This document shows, one piece after another, positions 38,401 to 46,210 of a stretch of DNA of 64,000 bases. The number at the start of each line of letters is the position of its first letter. Positions within the stretch are counted from its first letter, which is position 1. Source of the stretch: a virus; the IMG/VR virus record IMGVR_UViG_3300029249_000109, positions 47,352 through 111,351 of that record; one strand, written 5' to 3'. A program made the translations under genes and the position numbers. The notes below the pieces were generated by a model. That model made no database searches and was not told where the DNA came from. It was given only the letters and a program-made list of their open reading frames with translations.

Positions 38401-39075
38401 ATGAATCTGAGTAAGCTTGAAATGGTATTCAATCCCGATGATATCAGCGGCCAGATCCACATTATTGGTTGTGGCTCGGTTGGCTCTACTGTGGCAGAAC
38501 TTCTCGCACGGTATGGCCTGAAGAATTTCACGCTGTGGGATATGGACGAGGTTGAAAGCAAGAATATTGTCAACCAGATGTTCTTCGCCAACAATATTGA
38601 GGCTCCAAAAGTCGAGGCGGTTCGCGATATTATCTGCGCCATCAATCCTGATGCCAAAGATGAAATCGTTCTGAAGCCGAATGGTTGGCAGGGCGAGATG
38701 ATTCGCGGTTATGTATTCCTCGCAGTCGACAATATCGAAATTCGCAAGCAGTTCATGGAAGTGAACAAGTACAATCCGAATATCAAGGGTGTGTTTGATA
38801 TCCGCACTGGGTTCCATGATGCACAGTGCTGGGCAGCAGATTGGAGCAAGGAAAAAGATCGAGAGAATTTATGGAACTCTATGAATTTCTCTCATGAAGA
38901 TGCGCAGGCTGGAACTCCGGTTTCCGCATGTGGTATCGTTCAGGGTCTTGCCCCGACTGTTCGTTTTGTGTGTTGTTTGGCGGTTACAAACTTTATCAAT
39001 TTCGCAACTAATATCGCACCTTTGAAGAAAATGATCGTTGCAAATCCGTATACTTTTAACGTTACGGCTGCATAA
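38401..39075 (+). CDS. E1/ThiF/MoeB-like adenylyltransferase (ubiquitin-activating-enzyme-like Rossmann domain)
   Basis: IIGCGSVGSTVAELLARYGL (GxGxxG) and DMDEVESKNIVNQ match the ThiF/MoeB/E1 nucleotide-binding core. Confidence 0.7.
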   Translation: MNLSKLEMVFNPDDISGQIHIIGCGSVGSTVAELLARYGLKNFTLWDMDEVESKNIVNQMFFANNIEAPKVEAVRDIICAINPDAKDEIVLKPNGWQGEMIRGYVFLAVDNIEIRKQFMEVNKYNPNIKGVFDIRTGFHDAQCWAADWSKEKDRENLWNSMNFSHEDAQAGTPVSACGIVQGLAPTVRFVCCLAVTNFINFATNIAPLKKMIVANPYTFNVTAA

Positions 39076-39120
39076 AGAATAAATAAAAAATCGTGATGAA
39101 TTACTGTTGAAATATACAGT

Positions 39121-39140
39121 CCTGCCGGATGACCGACAGG
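39121..39140 (+). ncRNA. Conserved hairpin element (motif family 1, copy B) in the structured intergenic region upstream of the reverse transcriptase
   Basis: CCUGCCGGAUGACCGACAGG. Further hairpins follow (acccg-caag-cgggt; ggtatcc...ggatacc), consistent with an RT-associated ncRNA. Confidence 0.35.
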
Positions 39141-39379
39141 TTCGTAAAGGTAAGAGCATGTACGCCCCACCGGTCAGCCGTGATCATGATCGACCGGCCG
39201 CGCCCGGCGACTCTGCAGGTATATAGATTTGTTGACCGAAATAATTAACGAAGACACGTACCCGCAAGCGGGTTCAAATGCAAAACTCGCAGGAAGGTAT
39301 CCACTGAAGGCGGATACCTTGAGGAGGCAACCACTAACAACCACTGTTTAGATCACGATTTAGAAGAAGAGGTAAACAT

Positions 39380-40615
39380 ATGTACGTTACTTATTGGAAT
39401 CCACCGAGAACAAGGCAGATTACGTTTGACGAAATCCTTAGCGGAGTCGTTGATGTGAATCAGTTGAAATATGCTGGCGATGAAACTTCTACTCGAACCG
39501 TACAGCGCGAGGGTTTGAATGATCGTTTAGTGGCTATCACAAATGTCACTAGTATGATCACACAGCTGACGGAATTTAATCAGAAATATGCTCGTCTTGA
39601 AGCAGTACATGACCTGTCGACGTATTACTACCACTTTGAAATCCCTAAGAAAACTGGTGGATTTCGACCGATTGATGCCCCGACAAACGAACTGAGTGAT
39701 GCGTTGGTTGAGTTGCGGACGCTATTAAAAAGTTTCATGATTGCTGATTATCACACGGCAGCACACGCATATATCAACGGGCGCGGCACTCTGAGTGCGA
39801 TTAAAAAGCATCAGGCGGGGCACAGATATACAGTAAAAGATCGCGAAACTGGAAAAGAAAAGATCGTCACTTATGAAAATAACTGGGCTGTCAAGTTTGA
39901 CTTTCATGGATTCTTTCCGAGTTCCACTCCTGAGTTTATCTACGGTATGTTCAGCAAGATTTATCCGTTTTCTCTTATTATGAAAGATCGAAATGGATAC
40001 AACCAGCTGACTAAAGCGATGCGCTTGTGCTTCTTGAACGGCGGTCTTCCGCAGGGAACGCCAATCAGTCCGTGGATCACGAACGTTATGATGATCCCGT
40101 TTGATTATATGTTAAACAAGAAGCTTTCTTACAAATATACCATGAAAGACGGCATTTCTCGCACTTTTACATATACCAGATATGCAGACGATATCACTAT
40201 CAGTTGTTATCTGAGTTTTGACCCGATGGAAATGCAGGATATTATCAAAGAGACGTTGGATGCAATCAATGCTCCGTTTACTTTGAATGAAGAAAAAACG
40301 CATTATGGCAATCGGCATTCGAGCGAAAACTGGATGCTCGGTCTGATGTGGAACGCCAATAACGATATCACAGTTGGATGGCGTAATTTTAAGGACTTCA
40401 AGAAGATGGCATCTAATTACATCGTCTGCAAGAAAGAAGGAAAAACGTGGGATCTTGAAGACCTGCAGCAGTTTAATGGCAAGTTGAATTACTACCGTAT
40501 GGTTGAAAAAGAATCAGTTGATGCGGTAATCTCTCGATACAATGAAAAATATCGTGTTGACATGATGGCAATGCTCAAAGCTGACTTAAAACCAAAAGAA
40601 GGAGTTGTTTTCTAA
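39380..40615 (+). CDS. Reverse transcriptase (retron/Abi/UG-like bacterial RT, RT domain only)
   Basis: KKTGGFRPIDAP (RT motifs 1/2), TAAHAYINGRGTLSAIKKH (matches the Ec86 retron DAAHGFVPGRSIITNAKKH region), LNGGLPQGTPISPWITNVMM (motif B, QGxxxSP) and YTRYADDITIS (YADD catalytic motif). Confidence 0.85.
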   Translation: MYVTYWNPPRTRQITFDEILSGVVDVNQLKYAGDETSTRTVQREGLNDRLVAITNVTSMITQLTEFNQKYARLEAVHDLSTYYYHFEIPKKTGGFRPIDAPTNELSDALVELRTLLKSFMIADYHTAAHAYINGRGTLSAIKKHQAGHRYTVKDRETGKEKIVTYENNWAVKFDFHGFFPSSTPEFIYGMFSKIYPFSLIMKDRNGYNQLTKAMRLCFLNGGLPQGTPISPWITNVMMIPFDYMLNKKLSYKYTMKDGISRTFTYTRYADDITISCYLSFDPMEMQDIIKETLDAINAPFTLNEEKTHYGNRHSSENWMLGLMWNANNDITVGWRNFKDFKKMASNYIVCKKEGKTWDLEDLQQFNGKLNYYRMVEKESVDAVISRYNEKYRVDMMAMLKADLKPKEGVVF

Positions 40616-40953
40616 TGATTGAAATGATGTGTAGAGATGGCGGCACTCCAGTTGAATTGCTCGATCAGGCGGCAAATGTCGTAGAGGAATCCATTGGGTG
40701 TCCAGTTGACCTGTTGGATATCGACGACCACAGAGCAATGGTCTATTGGGGGCCGTCTGATGTTGCAAGCGCAATCAAGGAACTTGGCATCAAAGAAATC
40801 GATGCAGAGGATATGAGCTTATGTGCAGATCTTTTGTGTGATTTTGAAGTGAAAATTCATCAGGCAATGCTTGAGGCCGGACACGACGCTTTACAGACTT
40901 GTTTGGAGTGTCTTGTTGATGAACTGCGAGAGCAGGACAAAGAATCAAAGTAA
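40615..40953 (+). CDS. Highly acidic small protein translationally coupled to the RT (TAATG overlap)
   Basis: 112 aa rich in Asp/Glu; could be an RT accessory or effector. Confidence 0.5.
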   Translation: MIEMMCRDGGTPVELLDQAANVVEESIGCPVDLLDIDDHRAMVYWGPSDVASAIKELGIKEIDAEDMSLCADLLCDFEVKIHQAMLEAGHDALQTCLECLVDELREQDKESK

Positions 40954-40999
40954 TTATATATTGTAATCTCTTTTGAATATCGGGCGTTCTACGTCGCGA

Positions 41000-41019
41000 G
41001 CTGCCGGTTGACCGACAGT
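41000..41019 (+). ncRNA. Conserved hairpin element (motif family 1, copy C) downstream of the RT operon
   Basis: GCUGCCGGUUGACCGACAGU, followed by the hairpin ggctgcc-aaccaca-ggcagcc. Confidence 0.35.
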
Positions 41020-41297
41020 TATGAAGAATACCACAGCACGCTCATACGGGCTCTAGGGCTGCCAACCACAGGCAGCCTCGCCCTCCTGAGCTATGGATTA
41101 AATTAGTTCGCAAGAGGAGTCTCCGTTCTGCAGCCTAGATCCCAGCAGAGCTGGAGATCGCGGCTGCCATCACTGCGACTCATTGGCCATCAGAACATTT
41201 ACTCGATAATGCTTCCGGGATCGAAGATCCCTCCAAATTATCTCGCAAATGTTCTTCCAGCCAAACTATTACTCACAATTTAGAAAAGAGATTGATT

Positions 41298-41561
41298 ATG
41301 GATTACAAATATAAAGTTGGCGATAAAGTAAGAATTCGGAAAGACTTGACAGCCGGCGCAGAATATCCAATGCAAAGCGGAGAAAAGTATGGTTACGATC
41401 CGGGAGTCAATGAGGCTATGGAAACGTATCGTGGACAGATTATGACAATCGACCATCAAATCTGCGGTGTTTATATGCTCTGCGAGGACAGCCACTATTG
41501 GAGTTGGACTGACACGATGTTTGAATCACCAAAATCGCTTACATGTAAAAGTCTTTTGTAA
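41298..41561 (+). CDS. Small protein of the YKYKVGDKVRIR paralog family ending in -TCKSLL (tag set)
   Basis: MDYKYKVGDKVRIRKDL...KSLTCKSLL. Confidence 0.6.
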   Translation: MDYKYKVGDKVRIRKDLTAGAEYPMQSGEKYGYDPGVNEAMETYRGQIMTIDHQICGVYMLCEDSHYWSWTDTMFESPKSLTCKSLL

Positions 41562-41575
41562 AGGAGTGAATTTAA

Positions 41576-42391
41576 ATGGCAGAAACCGCCAAAAAGACGG
41601 TGCAAAAAACCATTCTTTTCCCCGTTGAAGATCAGCTCGCAAAACTCATTGTTACAGAGGACGATATTGAACGAATTATTCAGCAGGCCGTTAAAAGTGC
41701 TAATGAAACGAAAAAAGCACGGAAACCTCGTCGGACGGACAGTCTTTATCTCAAGGATGGGCGCAGAAAGCCAACTCCGGCAGACCCTATCAAGTCAAAG
41801 GAAGATTTTAAGAAGATTGTTGATTACCTTGGGTCTAACGGACGTGAAGAAATCGCGTTAAGAAACAAAACGATGTTTATTCTCGGTTGTTCAATTGGCG
41901 TTCGATGTGGCGATTTGTTGAAACTTAAAACGGCTGATGTTTATTATGAGAACGCTCATGTAAAAGATCATGTTGAGCTGATCGAGCAGAAGACCGGCAA
42001 GCGAAACGTGTGTAAAATTTCTCACATGGCAAAAGAATCTTTAAGAGAATATTATCAGGCAATTGGTTTTCGAATTGACCGCGACACACTTCTTTTTCAG
42101 AGTAAGAAAGGTGGACAGCTTAACGTTAGATCGGTGAGCAACCTTTTGAAGAAAGCTGGTAAGGCGTGTGGTTTGGACATTGAGTTGTCGACTCATAGTA
42201 TGCGTAAAACTTATGCTATGGCCGCGTTACAGAGTGCCGAGGGTACAGTTGATGGCGCGAATATCTTGAATATTCTCCAAACAAAATTTAATCACAGCGA
42301 CCAGCGTATTACGATGAGATATATCAAAATGGATCAGGAAAAACTTGATGAAATCGCTGAGAATGTTTCCAACTGGTTTGAAGGAGAATGA
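41576..42391 (+). CDS. Tyrosine recombinase/integrase (XerD-like)
   Basis: GVRCGDLL (box I Arg), THSMRKTYA (HxxR) and ITMRYIKMD (catalytic Tyr region). RBS aaaggagtgaatttaa. Confidence 0.7.
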   Translation: MAETAKKTVQKTILFPVEDQLAKLIVTEDDIERIIQQAVKSANETKKARKPRRTDSLYLKDGRRKPTPADPIKSKEDFKKIVDYLGSNGREEIALRNKTMFILGCSIGVRCGDLLKLKTADVYYENAHVKDHVELIEQKTGKRNVCKISHMAKESLREYYQAIGFRIDRDTLLFQSKKGGQLNVRSVSNLLKKAGKACGLDIELSTHSMRKTYAMAALQSAEGTVDGANILNILQTKFNHSDQRITMRYIKMDQEKLDEIAENVSNWFEGE

Positions 42392-42394
42392 ACT

Positions 42395-42667
42395 ATGAAC
42401 TATAAGTTTAAACCCGGAGATAAAGTAACGGTTAGAAAAGATTTATCAAATCGTGAAGCATACAAGATGTTGTCAGGAGAAACTCCAAATGATGCTATTC
42501 TTGCTACTTCTTCTATGGAAAATTTTCGAGGAAAACAAGTCACAATCGAGGGCTATGATTGTTGTTGTAGTTCAATGTGTTACAGGGTAAAAGAAAGCTC
42601 CAGATATTGGGCAGATGAAATGTTTGAAGAATCTAAAAAACCGTTTACATGTAAAAGTCTATTATGA
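42395..42667 (+). CDS. Paralog ending in -TCKSLL (tag set)
   Basis: MNYKFKPGDKVTVRKDL...KKPFTCKSLL. Confidence 0.6.
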   Translation: MNYKFKPGDKVTVRKDLSNREAYKMLSGETPNDAILATSSMENFRGKQVTIEGYDCCCSSMCYRVKESSRYWADEMFEESKKPFTCKSLL

Positions 42668-42683
42668 AAAGAGGTAAGAGAAC

Positions 42684-42968
42684 GTGTCGAAAAGCAAGTA
42701 CAAATATAAGAATGGAGAAGTGGTTCGCGTCAGGGAAGATCTTCAATCTGGAGTAGTTTATTACATGAAATCTGGTCCAGAACCGAATGCCAATGGCATT
42801 GAGACGTCATGGAGCGGACGCGGACAAGTAGGTTATCGTGGACAAATTGTACATATTTCTCATAAAGCAAACGGTCGATACAAAATTCTTGAGGATGGAA
42901 AAACATATTATTATACGGATGAAATGTTTGATCGTCCTAAGAATCTGATTTGCAAAAGTTTGCTGTGA
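42684..42968 (+). CDS. Paralog ending in -ICKSLL (tag set), GTG start
   Basis: MSKSKYKYKNGEVVRVREDL...PKNLICKSLL; RBS aaagaggtaagag. Confidence 0.6.
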   Translation: MSKSKYKYKNGEVVRVREDLQSGVVYYMKSGPEPNANGIETSWSGRGQVGYRGQIVHISHKANGRYKILEDGKTYYYTDEMFDRPKNLICKSLL

Positions 42969-42977
42969 GGATTTGAA

Positions 42978-43232
42978 ATGGATTACAAATATAAAGTTGG
43001 ACAAAAAGTAAGAATTCGTCGTGACCTTGGTTGTCAAGAAAGTTACAAAATGGTAAGTGGACCAAAACCAGGCTATGATCCTGGGTTTTCATTTAGTATG
43101 TGTAAATACGCTGGCAAAATTACAACTATCTTAAATTGTAACATTACGTACGAAGTAGAAGGATGTAACTGGACGTGGTCCGACGAGATGCTTGAACCGG
43201 TAAACCAGTTTTGTTGTAAATCATTATTATAA
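42978..43232 (+). CDS. Paralog ending in -CCKSLL (tag set)
   Basis: MDYKYKVGQKVRIRRDL...VNQFCCKSLL. Confidence 0.6.
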   Translation: MDYKYKVGQKVRIRRDLGCQESYKMVSGPKPGYDPGFSFSMCKYAGKITTILNCNITYEVEGCNWTWSDEMLEPVNQFCCKSLL

Positions 43233-43244
43233 AGGAGAATGAAA

Positions 43245-45317
43245 ATGTCTGATTTTAAGAAATTTCGTGCACTGCTGCAGGACCACTTTAATGAGATGGT
43301 GAAGAGTGGGAATCCACTGTTTATCACCGATGCAGACGAGGATGAACTGTACAATCTGTATCTCGACAGTTTCCCGGCCGGCACGAATGAGTTGTTCCGT
43401 AAGCGGCGCGAGTATGATTGCTCCTGCTGCCGCCGTTTTGTAAAGAATATCGGCAAGCTGGTGGCGTTTAACAAGAATTATAATTTGATTTCCATCTGGG
43501 ATTTCGATGCAAAGTCTGCCAAGTATCAGCCTGTTGTTGATGCGCTGGCTGCCTATGTAAAGAGCCGCGCCATTGTGAATCCATACTTTGTCAGCCGTAA
43601 TATGATCGGTTCTGGCGATATGTTCGGCACCGAGATGAACTACGAGTATGACGAAAACCACAAGGATGTGCATACTTGGGATCATTTCGCAGTCAAGATT
43701 CCGCAGCGTTTTATTATGCGGCCTGATGACGTGTCTACTAAGATGGCACAGTGGCGTGACTCCGCAAACGTGTTCAAGCGTTCTCTGGAAGGGCTAACCA
43801 TGGAGGCTGTTGATACTGTGCTGGAGCTGATTGCTCAGAATAGTCTGTATCGCGGCAAGGAGTTTGAGCGGTCTGTAAAGGAGTTTAAGCATGATAAGCT
43901 TGATTATGACAAGCTGTCTGTTAATGAAAAGCTTGCCTTTGTATGGCTTGCCCCTACGTATGCTACGGCGGCACAGCTTCGCATTCGTAACACCGCTATC
44001 GGCACCCTTCTTATCAATTTGAGTGAGGGCATGGATGTGGATTCCGCCGTTACCGCCTTTGAGAAGGTTGTTGCTCCTGCAAACTATAAGCGTCCCAAGG
44101 CGATTTTCACCAAGAAGATGCTGGAAGACGCACAGAAGACCGTTACCGAGCTGGGCTATATGAGCAGTCTGGGTCGTCGGTTTGCTACTCTGGACGATAT
44201 CACCGCCAATAATATCCTGTTCTGCAACCGGGATGCTGCCCCTCGTATTGCTGGTGCTACAAATCCGTTTGAAGCAATGGCTAAGACTGTTGCGATCGAT
44301 CCCAAGAAGTTTGGCCGCGCAGAGGAAATTGGCATCGACAAGTTCATCAAGGACGTGCTGCCGACTGCGACTGGGCTGGAGCTGTTCATGGAAAATCGTT
44401 TCGAGAAGAATATGATGTCTCTGATTGCGCCTCAGGATAAGAGTGCGCCGAGTATGTTCAAGTGGCCTAATGGTTTCAGTTGGGCATATACCGGCAATAT
44501 GGCAGACAGCGATATTCGCGAAAACGTTAAGGCTGCTGGCGGCAAGGTCGATGGCGTGCTGCGTTTTTCTATTCAGTGGAACGATAAGCCGGGCGAGTGG
44601 GATGAAAACGATGAGGATGCTCATTGCATTGAACCCGATAACAATCACATCTATTTCGGAAACTGTTGGAATCATTATACTGATGGCCGCCTGGATGTGG
44701 ATATCACTCATCCTAATCAGGGTAAGGCTGCGGTCGAAAATATTACATGGCCTGATATCAAAAAGATGAAGGAAGGCGAGTACAGCTTCTATGTGAGATG
44801 CTTTGCTAGTCGTGGCGGTAAAACTGGTTTCCGTGCTGAGATCGAATTCGATGGCAACATTTACTCGTTTAATTACGATAAGCCGCTACATCAGGCTCAG
44901 AGTGTCGCTGTGGCAAAAGTCATGCTGAAGGATGGTAAGTTCTCTATCAAGGAGCTGCTGCCCAGTTCTACCAGCACCCGCGAAATCTGGGGTGTGAATT
45001 CCAATCAGTTCGTACCTGTGTCTGTGGCGATGTATTCTCCGAACTACTGGGATGAACAGACTGGTAATGGTAATCGTCACTACTTCTTCATGCTCAAGGA
45101 TTGTGTCAACCCTGAAAAGCCCAATGGTTTCTACAATGAATTTCTGAAGGCGGAACTGTTACAGCATAAGCGAGTATTTGAGGCTCTTGGTTCTCAGATG
45201 GCGGTTCAGTCGGTAGATGACCAGCTGTCTGGCGTTGGCTTCTCTGAGACGAAGCATGATTCCTTTATTGTCAAGGTTCAGGGCGCTACTGAGAGAGTTC
45301 TGAAAGTGGTGATTTAA
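43245..45317 (+). CDS. Large hypothetical protein (about 690 aa)
   Basis: RBS aaaggagaatgaaa; no recognised motif. The long antisense ORF 43794..44711 is judged an artefact. Confidence 0.6.
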   Translation: MSDFKKFRALLQDHFNEMVKSGNPLFITDADEDELYNLYLDSFPAGTNELFRKRREYDCSCCRRFVKNIGKLVAFNKNYNLISIWDFDAKSAKYQPVVDALAAYVKSRAIVNPYFVSRNMIGSGDMFGTEMNYEYDENHKDVHTWDHFAVKIPQRFIMRPDDVSTKMAQWRDSANVFKRSLEGLTMEAVDTVLELIAQNSLYRGKEFERSVKEFKHDKLDYDKLSVNEKLAFVWLAPTYATAAQLRIRNTAIGTLLINLSEGMDVDSAVTAFEKVVAPANYKRPKAIFTKKMLEDAQKTVTELGYMSSLGRRFATLDDITANNILFCNRDAAPRIAGATNPFEAMAKTVAIDPKKFGRAEEIGIDKFIKDVLPTATGLELFMENRFEKNMMSLIAPQDKSAPSMFKWPNGFSWAYTGNMADSDIRENVKAAGGKVDGVLRFSIQWNDKPGEWDENDEDAHCIEPDNNHIYFGNCWNHYTDGRLDVDITHPNQGKAAVENITWPDIKKMKEGEYSFYVRCFASRGGKTGFRAEIEFDGNIYSFNYDKPLHQAQSVAVAKVMLKDGKFSIKELLPSSTSTREIWGVNSNQFVPVSVAMYSPNYWDEQTGNGNRHYFFMLKDCVNPEKPNGFYNEFLKAELLQHKRVFEALGSQMAVQSVDDQLSGVGFSETKHDSFIVKVQGATERVLKVVI

Positions 45318-45589
45318 TGGCTCGTTACAAAGTTGGGGATAAGGTGCGGGTGATTGATAACTTTATGCAATATGGGAACTATTTTATGCGAGACCGGAGT
45401 AATAAACCCGGATATGCTATAACAGTCAAGTGGTCATTAGAAGAAAGAATGAAACTTGCTGGAAAAATTGTGACGATTGCTGAAGTTGGAGAATACTACC
45501 GAATCGAAGAAGACAACCATAGTAAACATTGGACTGATGATATGTTTGTTGGCACAGCAAAATGTCTTGTTTGTCGGTCGTTACTGTAA
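45317..45589 (+). CDS. Paralog ending in -VCRSLL (tag set)
   Basis: MARYKVGDKVRVIDNF...AKCLVCRSLL; ATGA overlap with the upstream gene. Confidence 0.6.
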   Translation: MARYKVGDKVRVIDNFMQYGNYFMRDRSNKPGYAITVKWSLEERMKLAGKIVTIAEVGEYYRIEEDNHSKHWTDDMFVGTAKCLVCRSLL

Positions 45590-45609
45590 TTTTGAAAGGG
45601 GAAATTATT

Positions 45610-45993
45610 ATGGAGAAGAATTTATTTGAAATCGCAACTCGTAATCGTTACCGTTTTACCTACAAGGGCGTCATGACTGTTGAGGATCTGTGGGATCTGA
45701 ATGTTGAGGCTCTGGATGCAATCTTTAAGACTCTGAACCGCCAGAAGAAGACTGCTGACGAGGATTCTTTGCTGGCTGTTAAGAGCGCCGAAGATACCGA
45801 ACTGGCAAACAAGATTGAGCTGGTAAAGTACATCGTATCTGTTAAGCTGGCTGAGTCCGAGGCACGTGTGAATGCTGCCGAGAAGAAGGCGCAGCGCGAT
45901 AAGATTATGAAGATCGTGGCTAAGAAGAGAGACAAGGAGCTGGAAGACATGGATGTCGAGCAGCTGATGAAGAAGCTGGAAGAGCTGAACTGA
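45610..45993 (+). CDS. Coiled-coil protein
   Basis: Start at MEKNLFEIA, which follows gaaaggggaaattatt; heptad-like charged repeats. Confidence 0.5.
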   Translation: MEKNLFEIATRNRYRFTYKGVMTVEDLWDLNVEALDAIFKTLNRQKKTADEDSLLAVKSAEDTELANKIELVKYIVSVKLAESEARVNAAEKKAQRDKIMKIVAKKRDKELEDMDVEQLMKKLEELN

Positions 45994-46006
45994 GAGGTGG
46001 TTAGTC

Positions 46007-46210
46007 GTGAAAGATAATGAAGCGGCTGGCATTGTACGATTCAGAGATTTGAAAGAACCCACTGACGAACATATGGGCATTCTTTTTGGAGACGGAAAGA
46101 TTTTGTGCTTGTGCTGCGGCGGGTGGGTTCCTCTTGGAGAATATGAGATCATTGAGGATTACAATGGCTTTGAATATGTTGAAGAAAGTTTAATGGAGGC
46201 GTTACGATGA
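46007..46210 (+). CDS. Small Cys-containing protein (GTG start)
   Basis: RBS gagaggtggttagtc; CLCCGG motif. Confidence 0.45.
   Translation: MKDNEAAGIVRFRDLKEPTDEHMGILFGDGKILCLCCGGWVPLGEYEIIEDYNGFEYVEESLMEALR

Noticed and set aside
39076-41290. Diversity-generating retroelement (DGR) interpretation of the RT locus
   Set aside because: The RT has the standard QGxxxSP motif-B form (LPQGTPISP) rather than the DGR-typical [I/L]GxxxSQ. No avd-like small basic gene sits next to it. The conserved flanking element is only about 20 nt and is intergenic, not the 3' end of a target gene. No long template/variable repeat pair could be seen by eye.
9859-45589. Interpreting the C-terminal tag as a eukaryote-style CaaX prenylation box or a PTS1 (SKL-like) peroxisomal signal
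   Set aside because: The Cys is at -5, not -4. The genome is clearly bacteriophage-like (Shine-Dalgarno sites, terminase, tRNAs), and bacteria lack these pathways. It is kept only as a formal resemblance.
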